This document shows, piece after piece, positions 9,164 through 19,893 of a DNA stretch of 64,000 bases. Where the stretch lies: the NCBI GenBank assembly GCA_963795855.1, contig CAWCIZ010000006.1:64001-128000 (forward strand), written 5' to 3'. Source of the DNA: Vulcanimicrobiota bacterium. GTDB lineage: Bacteria > Vulcanimicrobiota > Vulcanimicrobiia > Vulcanimicrobiales > Vulcanimicrobiaceae. The notes under the pieces were generated by a model that had not been told where the DNA came from, searched no databases, and worked only from the letters and a program-made list of their open reading frames with translations. Made by a program: the position numbers and the translations under genes. Every line of letters starts with the position of its first letter. Positions within the stretch are counted from its first letter, which is position 1.

Positions 9164-9698
9164 CAGGTGCAATCTCCTCTCGCGCTGCGATGGATGCATC
9201 ATTCGAGAGCGCTTTACGCAGCGTGCGGCGCGCAAGCATCAAATGAAAACGAATCGTCGATGCCGGCTGGCCGGTCGCAGCGGCAATTTCGCTGCTGCTA
9301 AAGCCCGCGTAGTAGTGCAGCACGATCGCCGCACGCTGGATGACCGGGAGCGAGGCCATGGCCTCGTACAAGTCGAGCGCCTCGCTCGTGTCGAAGTTTG
9401 CCGCTCGTTCCACAGCTGCGTCGAGGGTCTCGAAGCGTTTGCGACGCCGGACGGCGTCTATTGCGTGGCGCGCCGCTATCCTGCTGCTCCACGAGACGAA
9501 GCCGCCCGAATCGTTCAACTGCGAGAGCGACGCGGCAATCCGTGCGCAAGCGTCTTGCGCGGCATCCTCCGCGAGGCCGCGATCCCGCACGATGGCGAAC
9601 GCGATGCGATACGCTTCCGGCCACACCGCCGTAATCAACGCTTCGAGCGCTGCGCCGCCGCCCCGAGCCTCGTCGACCAGCCGTCTATCGATGAGCAT
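9153..9698 (-). CDS. ECF RNA polymerase sigma factor
   Basis: Region 2 AEDAAQDA and region 4 LPVIQRAAIVLHYYAGFSSSEIA...TIRFHL. Confidence 0.92.
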   Translation of the reverse strand: MLIDRRLVDEARGGGAALEALITAVWPEAYRIAFAIVRDRGLAEDAAQDACARIAASLSQLNDSGGFVSWSSRIAARHAIDAVRRRKRFETLDAAVERAANFDTSEALDLYEAMASLPVIQRAAIVLHYYAGFSSSEIAAATGQPASTIRFHLMLARRTLRKALSNDASIAAREEIAPDVH

Positions 9699-9736
9699 TC
9701 CGTAATAAAGACGGAACGAACGTCCCCAAGTGTTGG

Positions 9737-11422
9737 CTAAACCGCCAAACGCCGCTCTTGCGTTTGCTCCAGCAGCGCGCGCGCGTGCTGCAGCGCCGCA
9801 TCGTGGGCCTCGCCCGATAGCATCCGAGCAAGTTCCGCCGTGCGCTGCTCGCTCGTGGAAATCTCTCGTACTTCGATCGCGGCGGCGCTCTTGGTCTCGC
9901 GTTTCTCGAGCACGTAATGCGCGTCCGCCCAGGATGCGATTTGGGCCAGGTGCGTGACGCAGACGACCTGTCCGCCGCGCGCGAGCCGTCCCAGTCGCAT
10001 CCCGACCGCCGCCGCAGTAGCGCCGCCCACGCCCGCGTCGATTTCGTCAAAGACGAGCGCGGTGCGGCCGCGCGATCCGGCCAGCACGACGATGAGCGCG
10101 AGCATCACGCGTGACAGTTCGCCGCCCGACGCAACCCGCGCGAGCGGACGCTGCACCTCGCCCTTGTTTGCAGCAAACACGAACTCGATGCTCTCGACGC
10201 CGTTCGGCCCAAGCTGCTGCAGCGACTCGAAATGCACCGCGAAGCGGCCCGAGGGAAGTGCGAGGTCCTTCAACTCCGCCTCGATCGCTTTGCTTAGGCG
10301 CTCCGCCGCAACGTGACGCAAGCGTGAAAGTTCCGCGGCGGACGTTTCCAGCTGCGCCGTTACGTCGCGCAGGCTGCGCTCGATTCGCGCGCGCCGCTCG
10401 TCTTTATTTGCGAACGCATCGATCGTCGAACGAAACTCCGCAGCCGAAGAGAGCACCGCCTGGATCGTTCCGCCGTATTTTCGTTTCAGCGTGTCGAGCG
10501 CGTCCAATCGCGAGTTGATCGCCTCCAATTCGGCGGCGTCGAACTCGACCTCGTCCAATGCGCGCGCGATTCGCAGCGCGAGATCGTTCGCTTCGCTTTG
10601 AAGCGCCTTCGAGGACTGCGTCATCTGCGCAAAGTCCTCGCCCAACTCGGCGATATGCGCTAGCGCCGAAGCGGCGCCGCCAAGCGCGTCGGACGCGGAC
10701 CCTTCTTCGCCTGCGAGTGCGTCGTGCGCTGCCTGCAACGTGCTCGCGATCTTTTCGGCGTTGTCCAGAATGCGGCGCCGCTGCGTGAGCTTTTCGTCTT
10801 CTTCCGGTTGCGGCGCCGTTGCGTCGATTTCTTCGACCGCGTACGCCGCGAACGCGTAGTGTTCTTGCGCTCGCCGCTCATCGCGGTCGAGCGACGCTAG
10901 GGCGCGCGAGTGTTCTTCGCGCTGCGCATAAAGATGCGCGACGGCGTCGCGCGCGGAAAGCACCGGCTCGCCGCCGTAACGGTCGAGCAATTCGACGTGG
11001 TAAGCCGGCGAGAGCAGGCGCTGCGCTTCGTGCTGTCCGACGATGTCGACGAGTTGAGCCGCGAGTTCGCGCACGTATCCGGCGGTCGATGGTCGTCCGT
11101 TTACGCGAATTGCCGATTTACCGGCGGAGGAAATTTCACGCGAAATCGTCGCGTCTTCGTCCGCCTCGATTTCGAACCCGTCGGCTGCGAGGCGTTCGCG
11201 CAGCGGCGCGTCGGCTTCGAATTCCAGACTCACGACGGCGCGCGGGCGTCCGCGGCGCACCGCGTCGGCGCTCGCGCGTTCTCCAAGAACGAACGCGATT
11301 GCGCCCAGCACCATGGTTTTTCCCGATCCGGTTTCGCCGGTGAACATGCTCGCGCCGTCCGCGAAAAAGACTTCCGCCTTCGGAATCAGGCCGTAATCTT
11401 CAATCGTCAGCCGCCGAAGCAT
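9737..11422 (-). CDS. recN: DNA repair protein RecN
   Basis: MLRRLTIEDYG start, TGETGSGKT Walker A, ASGGELSRVML, VFDEIDAGVGG, THLAQIA. Confidence 0.97.
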   Translation of the reverse strand: MLRRLTIEDYGLIPKAEVFFADGASMFTGETGSGKTMVLGAIAFVLGERASADAVRRGRPRAVVSLEFEADAPLRERLAADGFEIEADEDATISREISSAGKSAIRVNGRPSTAGYVRELAAQLVDIVGQHEAQRLLSPAYHVELLDRYGGEPVLSARDAVAHLYAQREEHSRALASLDRDERRAQEHYAFAAYAVEEIDATAPQPEEDEKLTQRRRILDNAEKIASTLQAAHDALAGEEGSASDALGGAASALAHIAELGEDFAQMTQSSKALQSEANDLALRIARALDEVEFDAAELEAINSRLDALDTLKRKYGGTIQAVLSSAAEFRSTIDAFANKDERRARIERSLRDVTAQLETSAAELSRLRHVAAERLSKAIEAELKDLALPSGRFAVHFESLQQLGPNGVESIEFVFAANKGEVQRPLARVASGGELSRVMLALIVVLAGSRGRTALVFDEIDAGVGGATAAAVGMRLGRLARGGQVVCVTHLAQIASWADAHYVLEKRETKSAAAIEVREISTSEQRTAELARMLSGEAHDAALQHARALLEQTQERRLAV

Positions 11423-11435
11423 GCTCGTGCGCGAT

Positions 11436-12278
11436 CTAGCGGCGACGCCGGTCCTTGATGGATACACCCCACTGCAGCTTCTCCTCCAGCCGTTCAAAAA
11501 ACCGCAGCCGGTCGATGCGCGCGAACCGCACCATGCGCGGGTGACGTTCAATCACGACCGACGCGCCGGGCGCAAGATCGCTGACGACGTCGCCGTCGCA
11601 TTCCAAGTTCGCGTGCACGAGTTCGGAATCGCAGCTAATCGTTATGCAGGAACTTGAGGGGACGATCAGCGGGCGCGAGAAGAGCGTGTGCGGGAGCAGC
11701 GGAACGATGCCGAACGCATCGACTTGCGGCGAAATGATGGAGCCGCCGGCGGACAAGAAATATGCCGTCGATCCCGTAGGCGTTGCGACGCAAATGCCGT
11801 CGGCGGGAATGTGCGCGGCTTCTTCATCGTTGAGGCACAGACCGAACGGAACGATGCGCGAGACGCCGCCCTTGCGAACCACGACGTCGTTCAGTGCGAA
11901 GAATCGCCGGCCTTCGTATTGCGCGCTCAGCGCGATGCGTTCTTCGATGATGAGGCCGCGTTCCAGCAGCGCGGGCAGCTCGTCGATCGCTTCGTCGTCC
12001 TCGTCGAACTCGGTCAGAAATCCCAACCGGCCGGTGTTGATGCCGATGATCGGCACGCCGCCGTCGACGGCGATACGGGCCGCGCGCAGCAGCGTACCAT
12101 CACCGCCGATCGTTAGGAGCAGCGCCGCGTCGTCCAGCGTGCCGCCGGCGGCCACCGGAGTAATCTGGTAGCCCGCTTGCCGGAACCCGGCACCCACGCG
12201 CTCGGCAAGCGCCCGCGCATTATCCCGGTTTCCATCGACGAACAGCGCCACGACCCGTTTCTTCAACGTAACGGTCAC
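11436..12278 (-). CDS. nadK: NAD kinase
   Basis: GGDGTLL, GINTGRLGFL, ALNDVV, TPTGSTAYFLSAGG. Confidence 0.96.
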   Translation of the reverse strand: MTVTLKKRVVALFVDGNRDNARALAERVGAGFRQAGYQITPVAAGGTLDDAALLLTIGGDGTLLRAARIAVDGGVPIIGINTGRLGFLTEFDEDDEAIDELPALLERGLIIEERIALSAQYEGRRFFALNDVVVRKGGVSRIVPFGLCLNDEEAAHIPADGICVATPTGSTAYFLSAGGSIISPQVDAFGIVPLLPHTLFSRPLIVPSSSCITISCDSELVHANLECDGDVVSDLAPGASVVIERHPRMVRFARIDRLRFFERLEEKLQWGVSIKDRRRR

Positions 12279-13060
12279 AGCGTAGAACCTTCGGCGGCGA
12301 GCGCTTCAATCTTCGCGTCGGCAACCCGGTCGCCGGCGTGCCGCAAATGCATCAGAAACTCCCGGTTGCCCGCGGGGCCGAGCAGCGGCGATGCGACGAC
12401 GTCGACCGCGATCAGTCCGAGCGCTCCGGCCGCGTCGCGAACCTCTCGCAAAATCGCGCGCGTGCACCTGCCGGATCGCGCACGACGCCGCCGCTTCCGA
12501 GCCGCTCGCGGCCCGCCTCGAACTGCGGCTTGACGAGCGCGACGATTTCGCCGCCCGGACGCACGAAAACCGCCGCCCGCGCGAGTATCGTTCGAAGCGA
12601 AATAAACGACGCGTCGATGACGATGAGATCGAACGGTTCGAACGCGTCGTCCGGCAGATGCCGAAAATTCGTGCGCTCCATGACGGTTACGCGCGGATCG
12701 TTGCGCAGGCGCCAATCGAGCTGGCCGTATCCCACGTCGATCGCAACGACATGCGCCGCGCCATGTTGCAGCAGGCAATCGGTGAAGCCGCCGGTCGAAG
12801 CGCCGACGTCGAGCGCGCGCATGCCGCGACGGATCGATGCGGAACGCGTGCAGCGCGTGCTCCAACTTTTCGCCGCCGCGGCTAACGAAGCGGCGCGGCC
12901 GTTCGATTTCTATATCCGCCCCGAGCGCAACGTTCGCGCCGGCTTTCGTCGCGGGAACGCCGTTCACGCGCACCCGCCCCTCCATGATCAGGCTGCGCGC
13001 TTGCGAACGCGTGACGTTTTCGCGGGCGGCGACGAGCGTATCGAGGCGCCGAGCCGTCAG
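12275..13060 (-). CDS. tlyA: TlyA family rRNA methyltransferase (two apparent frameshifts near 12828 and 12470)
   Basis: S4 domain plus FVSRGGEKL in one frame, [15 protein letters not shown]...VKPQFEAG in a second, [13 protein letters not shown] back in the first. Confidence 0.9.
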   Translation of the reverse strand: MTARRLDTLVAARENVTRSQARSLIMEGRVRVNGVPATKAGANVALGADIEIERPRRFVSRGGEKLEHALHAFRIDPSRHARARRRRFDRRLHRLPAATWRGACRCDRRGIRPARLAPAQRSARNRHGAHEFSASAGRRVRTVRSHRHRRVVYFASNDTRAGGGFRASGRRNRRARQAAVRGGPRAARKRRRRARSGRCTRAILREVRDAAGALGLIAVDVVASPLLGPAGNREFLMHLRHAGDRVADAKIEALAAEGSTL

Positions 13061-13291
13061 AACGGAATCTCGTCGTCCGCCACGGGCGCTGCGCCGCTCT
13101 GCTCCATGGCGCGGTCGATCTGCTCCTGGGCGCCTTTCAGAAGCGTTTCGCATTCGCCTGAAAGCGCTTTGCCTTCTTTGAAAAGCTGCACCGCGCGATC
13201 GAGACTCGACGTTGCCGTTCTCGAGTTCTTTGACGATCGCTTCGAGCCGCGCAATTTTCTGCTCGAAGGCACCCGGTGTTTGATCGGCCAT
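13057..13291 (-). CDS. xseB: Exodeoxyribonuclease VII small subunit (frameshift near 13207)
   Basis: FEQKIARLEAIVKELENG, then in a shifted frame SLDRAVQLFKEGKALSGECETLL. Confidence 0.88.
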
Positions 13292-13359
13292 CGGCCGGTG
13301 TTTCGGGGGACTCCGGTCGAATCCGCCGAAGGCCCGCGGTCCGAAAAGGAGGACCGGCA

Positions 13360-13737
13360 ATGCAGACAACCGCGATTCGCGTGGGCGGCATTGACGCCAC
13401 CTACTACACAGTGGCCGACTTGACCGGATGCTCGGCGTTCTACAGCAAAGTCTTGGGACAAGAACCGACCGTGCAGCAACCCGATTTCTTCACGGAGTGG
13501 ACGTTCGACGACGGCTCGTCGTTCGGGCTCTACAAGTCCGAACAGAAACCGGCGTCGCGAAGCGGCAGCGCGATGTTCCGCGTTGCAGACGTCGCCCAAG
13601 CCGCGGAGCATCTCAAGGAACTCGGCGCGCTCGTGTCACACGGGGACGACGCGGTCGGCGATTTTCCGACCTGCTTCATGGCTTTCGGGAACGATCCCGA
13701 AGGCAATCAGTTCATCATTCATAAGCGCAAAGAATAG
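13360..13737 (+). CDS. VOC/glyoxalase family protein
   Basis: AAGGAGG SD. TVADL...FYSKVLG, FRVADV, DPEGNQF motifs. Confidence 0.88.
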   Translation: MQTTAIRVGGIDATYYTVADLTGCSAFYSKVLGQEPTVQQPDFFTEWTFDDGSSFGLYKSEQKPASRSGSAMFRVADVAQAAEHLKELGALVSHGDDAVGDFPTCFMAFGNDPEGNQFIIHKRKE

Positions 13738-13745
13738 GCGCGGGA

Positions 13746-15111
13746 CTACTCGACCTCCGTCCGCTCGACGCGCGCCGCAAGCTTTCCGTGCTGCAGCTGC
13801 GCTTCTATGAGCGCGCCGGAAGGAACGTCGGAGGCATTGCGCACGGCGCGTCCGTTCAGCGTGACGATGGCGTACCCTCGCGCTAAGAGTTTGTGCGGAT
13901 TCAAGCCTTCCAAACGCATGTCGCAACGTGAAACGATCTCCCGATGCGAACGCAGCACGGCGGCTTGCAGTCCGCACAGCCGTTCGGAGAGACGGCGCGC
14001 ACGTTCGACGCGCGGCGCGCCGTAGTAGCGGGCCGCGGCTTCCAAACGCGATCGCAACGCACTTATACGTTGCGCGCGCTGCACGAGCCGGCTTTGCGGC
14101 GTTTGCGCATTGAGCCGGCGTTCGAACGCGTGCAGCGAACGCTCGCGCTCGCGGATCGAATCGCGCACGAGGCTCGCCAAACGCGAAGTTGCCAGGTCGA
14201 ACGCCTGCGACTGCGCCGTAAGAAGCGAACGCGCGGCCTGCTGCATGCGATGCTGCGCGCGCTGCACCCGCTGCAAAAACCGATCGCGGATCTCGCCGAA
14301 GTACTGCGCGGCATTCGAGGGCGTTTCGCAAGCATGATCTGCGACGTAGTCGCTCAAGTGCACGTCACCGGTATGTCCGACCGCCGAGAGGACCGGACGC
14401 TTGGCGCGCACGATCGCGCGTACGACCGGTTCGAGATTGAATGGAAAGAGATCTTCGTACGAGCCGCCGCCGCGCGTGAGGACGATCGCGTCGACGTCGA
14501 GTTTTGACGCTTTGTCTATCGCTTCGGCGATGTCCATCTGCGCGCCGTCGCCCTGCATGCGCGTTTCGACGAACCGTACGTCGATGAACGGCGCACGGCG
14601 CGCTATCGTGGTGAGAAAGTCGTCGGCGCCTTTTCCGCGCGCCGAAACGAGCGCGATTCGGCGAGGGAACGCCGGCATCGGCCGCTTGCGCGACTCCTCG
14701 AACAGCCCTTCCCTGCGGAACTGCTCTTTGAGTGCTTCGAACTGCGCGTACAGTGCGCCGATTCCGGTGAGTTCGACCTTCTTGACGAAGAGTTGGTACT
14801 GGCTGCGCTGCGCGTACGTGCCGTATTCGCCGCCGCAAATGATTTCGTCGCCGTCTTTGAACGGCGGCAACTTCGCGCGCATCGCTCGCCCACACGACGC
14901 ATTTGAGCACGTCGCGGTTCTCTTTGAGTTCGAAGTACAGATGGCCGTTTTTCGTGCTGAGCCCCGTGACTTCGCCCCGCACGCGGATCCCCGCGAGCGT
15001 CTTGTTCTGCGAGACGATGCGCCGAATGTAATCGACGACGCGGCTGACGCCTTGCACGCTTTCGACTGCGGGCGTTTGCGATCGCTGAGAAAACAGCGAG
15101 TCTTGAAACAT
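13746..15111 (-). CDS. xseA: Exodeoxyribonuclease VII large subunit (frameshift near 14884)
   Basis: OB-fold VRGEVTG..GHLYFELK in one frame. RGGGSYEDLFPFN, SAVGHTGD..LSDYVAD, TPSNAA, LARGYAI in the next. Confidence 0.93.
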
Positions 15112-15119
15112 CGGCGGCG

Positions 15120-17255
15120 TTAGCGCCTGGGCGGCGCGCTGGACTGCGGCGACGGCGAATCGAGCGGGACGTAGTTCTGCCCGTCGCCGACCGTATCGGG
15201 CGGCTGCGTCGTCGTAATCGGCGGCGCACTGGGCTCCGGTGAAAACGTCGGCGCGGGCGGCATGCTCGCGGAATCGTTGCTCATGCCGACGGGCTGGCCG
15301 AATGCGTTCAGCTGTTTTGGCGTTTGCGGCCGCCCGCAGGGCGTCGTCGGCTCCGTGCCGCTCAAATAATATTCGTACGGCCCGTATCCGCCGCCGCAGC
15401 TCGCGATTTTCTTGACTTCTTCACCCGGAAAGACGAAGTCGTGTTTGGCGACCTTCTCGAGCGCGCCTTTCATGAAGCGGGCCCAGATGCGCGCCGGAAT
15501 ATTGCCGCCGTAGGACTCGTTCATCGGTTTGTAATCGTCGTTGCCGATCCACACTGCCGTCACGAGATCGGGCGTGAAGCCCACGAACCAAGCATCGCGA
15601 AAATCGGACGTCGTGCCGGTTTTGCCGGCGGCCGGGCGGCCGATGATTGCGTTGGGATATCCCGTGCCGTGGTTGATGACGTCTTCCATCATCGTCGTCA
15701 TGACGTATGCGGTCCCGGCGCTGACCACTTCGGTTTCCTCGGGATATTGATTATCGAGAACCGTATTGCCCAGCGAGTCTTTGACGACGCGGAGCGGTGA
15801 CGGCGCGATATGCACGCCTTGATTCGCGAGCGTAGCGTATCCGGTCGCTTGATCGAGCGGCGTAATGACCGACGTGCCGAGCGCCAAAGAGAGGTTCGAC
15901 TCGAGGTTGGACTGCACGCCCATCCGGTGCGCGTATTGAATGACGCGGTCGACGCCGAGCATTTCGAGCAGTTTGACCGCGACGATGTTGCGGCTCTGCG
16001 CGAGGGCAACGCGCAGCGTAACCGGGCCCATATACGAGTGGTCGTCGTCCTGCGGCGACCACGTCGTGCCGTCGCCCATCGGGTAACTGACCGGCGAGTC
16101 GTCGATGATCGTGGTCGCCGGCATGCCGTTGTCGATTGCCGCGGTGTACACGTAGACTTTGAAGGACGAACCGGGTTGCCGGTGCGCTTGCCAGGCGCGA
16201 TTGAACTGATTCTCGAGCGAAAAGTGCGTGCCGCCGATCATTGCGAGAATTTCGCCGGTGGAGGGCCGGATGGCCACCAGCGCCGCTTGATCCGCGCCGA
16301 TACCCTCGAGTTTGCCCTCGTTGATGCCCCAGTCCACGGCTTGCTGCGCCAGCTTTTCCATGCGTGCGTCGACGGTCGTGTACACTTGCAAACCGCCTTC
16401 GTACGTCGCCTGTTTTCCGAACGTATGCTCGAGCTGCGAGACCGCATACGTCGTGAACCACGGCGCACGGAACCCTTGCAATCCGGCCGGCCGCTCACCG
16501 ACGAGTTCGAGCGGCGCTTGTTCCGCCTCGTCGGCCTGGCCTGCCGAGATGTAGCCGCTCTCGACCATGCGGTCGAGCACGTGCGCTTGGCGTTGTTTCG
16601 CCAGCTCCAAATTCACGTACGGCGAGTAATCCGACGGCGCGGCGACCAACCCGGCGAGCATCGCCGACTGTCCCAGCGTCAGTTTGTCGACGCTTCGCCC
16701 GAAATACGTGTGCGCGGCCGCGTCGACGCCGTAAGCGCCCGAGCCGAGGTAAATCAAGTTCAGGTACCGTTCGAGAATCTCGTCCTTGGTGTAGTACCGC
16801 TCGATTTCGATTGCGAGCAGCGCCTCTTGAACCTTGCGCGAAATCGTTTGCTGATCGGTCAGGAAGAGCCCGCGTGCGAGCTGTTGCGTGATCGTGGACG
16901 CGCCTTGCTCGATGTGATGGTGCGTAAGATCGGAGAATCCCGCGCGGATGATGCCGCCGAAATCGACGCCGTGATGGTGGTAGAAATTGTGATCCTCGTT
17001 CGCGATGAACGCATCGCGCACCGGCGGCGGAATCTTGTCGATCGGAACCCAGATGCGGTTCTCTTTATAGAGCGTGGCCAGCAGGGAGCCGTCCCGCGCG
17101 TAAATTCGCGTGGATCGCGCCGGCTGATAATCGGCCATTCGGCTGATGTCCGGAAGATTGCGCGAATAGGCGCTCACGATGCCGGCGACCGCGCCGGCCG
17201 CGAAAAGCACGACCAGCGCGAGCGTCACCGCCGCGATACGCAGAATTCTACGCAT
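15120..17255 (-). CDS. Class A penicillin-binding protein (PBP1A family)
   Basis: Transglycosylase EDHNFYHHHG and GASTITQQLAR. Transpeptidase RQPGSSFK, SRN, GKTGT. Confidence 0.96.
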   Translation of the reverse strand: MRRILRIAAVTLALVVLFAAGAVAGIVSAYSRNLPDISRMADYQPARSTRIYARDGSLLATLYKENRIWVPIDKIPPPVRDAFIANEDHNFYHHHGVDFGGIIRAGFSDLTHHHIEQGASTITQQLARGLFLTDQQTISRKVQEALLAIEIERYYTKDEILERYLNLIYLGSGAYGVDAAAHTYFGRSVDKLTLGQSAMLAGLVAAPSDYSPYVNLELAKQRQAHVLDRMVESGYISAGQADEAEQAPLELVGERPAGLQGFRAPWFTTYAVSQLEHTFGKQATYEGGLQVYTTVDARMEKLAQQAVDWGINEGKLEGIGADQAALVAIRPSTGEILAMIGGTHFSLENQFNRAWQAHRQPGSSFKVYVYTAAIDNGMPATTIIDDSPVSYPMGDGTTWSPQDDDHSYMGPVTLRVALAQSRNIVAVKLLEMLGVDRVIQYAHRMGVQSNLESNLSLALGTSVITPLDQATGYATLANQGVHIAPSPLRVVKDSLGNTVLDNQYPEETEVVSAGTAYVMTTMMEDVINHGTGYPNAIIGRPAAGKTGTTSDFRDAWFVGFTPDLVTAVWIGNDDYKPMNESYGGNIPARIWARFMKGALEKVAKHDFVFPGEEVKKIASCGGGYGPYEYYLSGTEPTTPCGRPQTPKQLNAFGQPVGMSNDSASMPPAPTFSPEPSAPPITTTQPPDTVGDGQNYVPLDSPSPQSSAPPRR

Positions 17256-17654
17256 GTCCGTTGCCGCGCGTTAGTGCGGAAAGCACGCCGTTGACGAACC
17301 GGCCCGAATCCTCGGTCGAGAAGCGCTTTGCCAATTCGACCGCTTCGTTGATGATTACCGGGCGCGGCGTCTCCGGGCGATGCTGCAATTCGAAAGCCGC
17401 CATACGAAGGAGCAAACGGTCTATGGTCGGCAAACGTTCGATGGTCCAGCCCTCCAGAAGCGGCACGATCCGCTCGTCGCTTTCCCCGGCATGTTCGAGC
17501 GTACCGAGCACCAAATCTTTCACGAAGAGCCGCTGCGCGCTTTCGCTGAACGTGGAAAGATACTCGTCGAGGACTTCGGCGGCATCGCGGTGCCCGATCT
17601 CTACGGAGAACAGAGTTGCAGCGCGAGCTCGCGCGCCATACGGCGGGAAGGCAC
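17248..17654 (-). CDS. nusB: Transcription antitermination factor NusB (frameshift near 17615)
   Basis: SRRMARELALQ N-terminus, then shifted frame ...WTIERL..IDR..LR, VIINEAVELAKRF, FVNGVL. Confidence 0.92.
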
Positions 17655-17665
17655 GAAAAGGACTC

Positions 17666-19018
17666 CTAGACCGAAACTTCGGCTTGCATGAGGCTGGGCA
17701 GAAAGTCGATCGAATAGCGGCCGGAGCGGAACGGCGCGGCCGCGAGAATCTCCAAGCACTGCTCGATCGTGGTATTAACGCCTTCGATCACCGTCTCCCG
17801 AAGCGCGCGCTCCATGCGCGCTATAGCCGCCTCGCGCGTTTCACCGGCAGCGACGATTTTCGCGATCATCGAATCGTAGAACGGCGGCACCATCGCGCCG
17901 GAGTACACGTGCGTATCGACGCGAATGCCGGGTCCGCCCGGAAAGACGACGTACGTCAGCGTGCCGGCGGCGGGCGCAAAATTGTTGCGCGGATCTTCTG
18001 CGTTGATGCGGCACTCGATTGCGTGCCCGGACGCCTTCAAGTCGGCTTGCGTATAGCCGAGCTGCTCGCCGGCTGCGACCCGAATCTGCTCTTTGACCAA
18101 GTCGATGTTGTACACCATCTCGGTTACCGGATGCTCGACTTGGATGCGCGTGTTCATCTCCATGAAAAACACCCGATCGCCGCTTACCAAGAACTCGAGC
18201 GTGCCGGCGTTGCTGTAGTTCACGGCTTTGGCGGCGCGCACCGCCATGTCGTGGAGTGCGTTTCGCGTCTTTGCGGAAAGGTTCGGAGCGGGCGATTCCT
18301 CGATGAGTTTTTGATGCGACGGCTTCTGCACCGAGCAATCGCGTTCGCCCAAGTGCACGACGTTGCCGAAGCTGTCGCCGAGGATTTGCACCTCGATGTG
18401 CCGCGGCTTGACGATTAGTTTTTCCATGTAGAGACGGCCGTCTTTGAACCCCGCCTCCGCTTCGGCCGTCGCGGACGCGTACGCCCGCTCCAGATCGTCC
18501 GGACCGTTCACGACGCGCATGCCCTTGCCGCCGCCGCCGGCGGTGGCTTTGAGCAAAACGGGATAGCCGACGCCCTCGGCGGCTTTGCGCGCCTCCGCGA
18601 CCGATGCGAGAATGTCGGTGCCGGGCGTCGTTGCGACGCCCGCTTCTTTCATGACGCGTTTCGCAGTCGCCTTATCGCCCATTGCCGCGATGACTTCCGG
18701 TTTTGGGCCGATGAACGTGAGCCCGTGGTCCGCGCAAATCTCGGCGAAACGCGCGTTTTCAGCCAAAAATCCGTATCCCGGATGCAGGGCGTCGCACCCG
18801 GTGATGAGCGCGGTGGAGATGATGTTGGGAATGTTGAGATACGAACGTGGGACCGGGCCCGGTCCCACGCAAAACGCTTCATCGGCGTGACGAACGTGCA
18901 GCGAGTTGCGGTCGGGCTCGGAAAAGATTGCGACCGTTTGCACGCCGAGTTCGCGGCACGCGCGATTGATGCGCAGCGCGATCTCTCCGCGGTTCGCGAT
19001 CAAAACTTTCTTAAACAC
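17666..19018 (-). CDS. accC: Acetyl-CoA carboxylase, biotin carboxylase subunit
   Basis: FKKVLIANRGEIALR, HPGYGFLAEN, GGGGKGMR, EMNTRIQVEHPVTE, PPFYDSMIAK. Confidence 0.97.
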   Translation of the reverse strand: MFKKVLIANRGEIALRINRACRELGVQTVAIFSEPDRNSLHVRHADEAFCVGPGPVPRSYLNIPNIISTALITGCDALHPGYGFLAENARFAEICADHGLTFIGPKPEVIAAMGDKATAKRVMKEAGVATTPGTDILASVAEARKAAEGVGYPVLLKATAGGGGKGMRVVNGPDDLERAYASATAEAEAGFKDGRLYMEKLIVKPRHIEVQILGDSFGNVVHLGERDCSVQKPSHQKLIEESPAPNLSAKTRNALHDMAVRAAKAVNYSNAGTLEFLVSGDRVFFMEMNTRIQVEHPVTEMVYNIDLVKEQIRVAAGEQLGYTQADLKASGHAIECRINAEDPRNNFAPAAGTLTYVVFPGGPGIRVDTHVYSGAMVPPFYDSMIAKIVAAGETREAAIARMERALRETVIEGVNTTIEQCLEILAAAPFRSGRYSIDFLPSLMQAEVSV

Positions 19019-19893
19019 TAGGCCCTGTCGATCTCGAACAGAACTTGTCCGTACTCGACCGGCTGGCCGTCGCGGCACCGCACCGAAACGATGCGGCCGC
19101 CGCCGAGCGATCGCACCGGATTGCGAATACCGAGCGCGTCCACGAAAGCCAGTTCGCGATCGCCGTCGAGGACTTCACCCTCGCCGACAGCCGGACGGCT
19201 TAGGCGGAAAATCCCGACCAGGTCCGCTTTGATGGGATGCAGGTTCAGCGATACGGCGGCGGGAGCTGCACGCGCAGGCTCCTGCGGAACCGGAACCGCC
19301 GCGCGGCGCCGAAACTCCACGGCGTCCTCGTGCTCGTCCTCAATCCGCAAGCGGACCAAATCGGTTTCGAGAAAAGCGCGCGCCAGCGCGCGCACGCGAT
19401 TCACAAGGGCCGTCGAGAGCTGCCCGGCCGGCTGTTCATCCTCGGACATGAGCGCTACCGTTTCGCCGGGGGGCAGGGCCGCCACTGCCGAGGCAAAGCG
19501 CGGGTCGATTTCTGCTAACGGCACGAGCGCGAACGCGCGCTGATACAGGCGGGGATGCGGAATATGCAATTCCGGTTCGATGACCGTTTCGTCGTCGTAC
19601 GTCAGGATATCCAGGTCGATCACGCGCGGACCCCATCGCTCGCCCGGGACCCGGCCGAACTTACGTTCGATGGCTTTGAGTTCCCGCAAAAGCTCGTGCG
19701 GAGCGAGCTTCGTTTCTATTAGCGCGACGGCGTTGCAGAAATCCGGCTGGGCCGGATTGCCCCACGGCTTGCTCGCGTACAAATGCGACCGCGCGACCAG
19801 CGTGCCGAGGGCGTCGAGCTCGTCGAATGCGCGGCGAACCTCGCGCGGCGGATCGCCGAGATTGGAGCCGATGCCGATGGCCGCGCGCGCCAA
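19018..19893 (-). CDS. folK: HPPK (FolK) fused to a C-terminal BCCP-like domain lacking the biotinyl-Lys motif
   Basis: IGIGSNLGD, WGPRVIDLDIL, IPHPRLYQRAFAL. C-terminal ...FVDALGIRNPV...GRIV...DGQPVEYGQVLFEI. Confidence 0.88.
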   Translation of the reverse strand: MARAAIGIGSNLGDPPREVRRAFDELDALGTLVARSHLYASKPWGNPAQPDFCNAVALIETKLAPHELLRELKAIERKFGRVPGERWGPRVIDLDILTYDDETVIEPELHIPHPRLYQRAFALVPLAEIDPRFASAVAALPPGETVALMSEDEQPAGQLSTALVNRVRALARAFLETDLVRLRIEDEHEDAVEFRRRAAVPVPQEPARAAPAAVSLNLHPIKADLVGIFRLSRPAVGEGEVLDGDRELAFVDALGIRNPVRSLGGGRIVSVRCRDGQPVEYGQVLFEIDRA

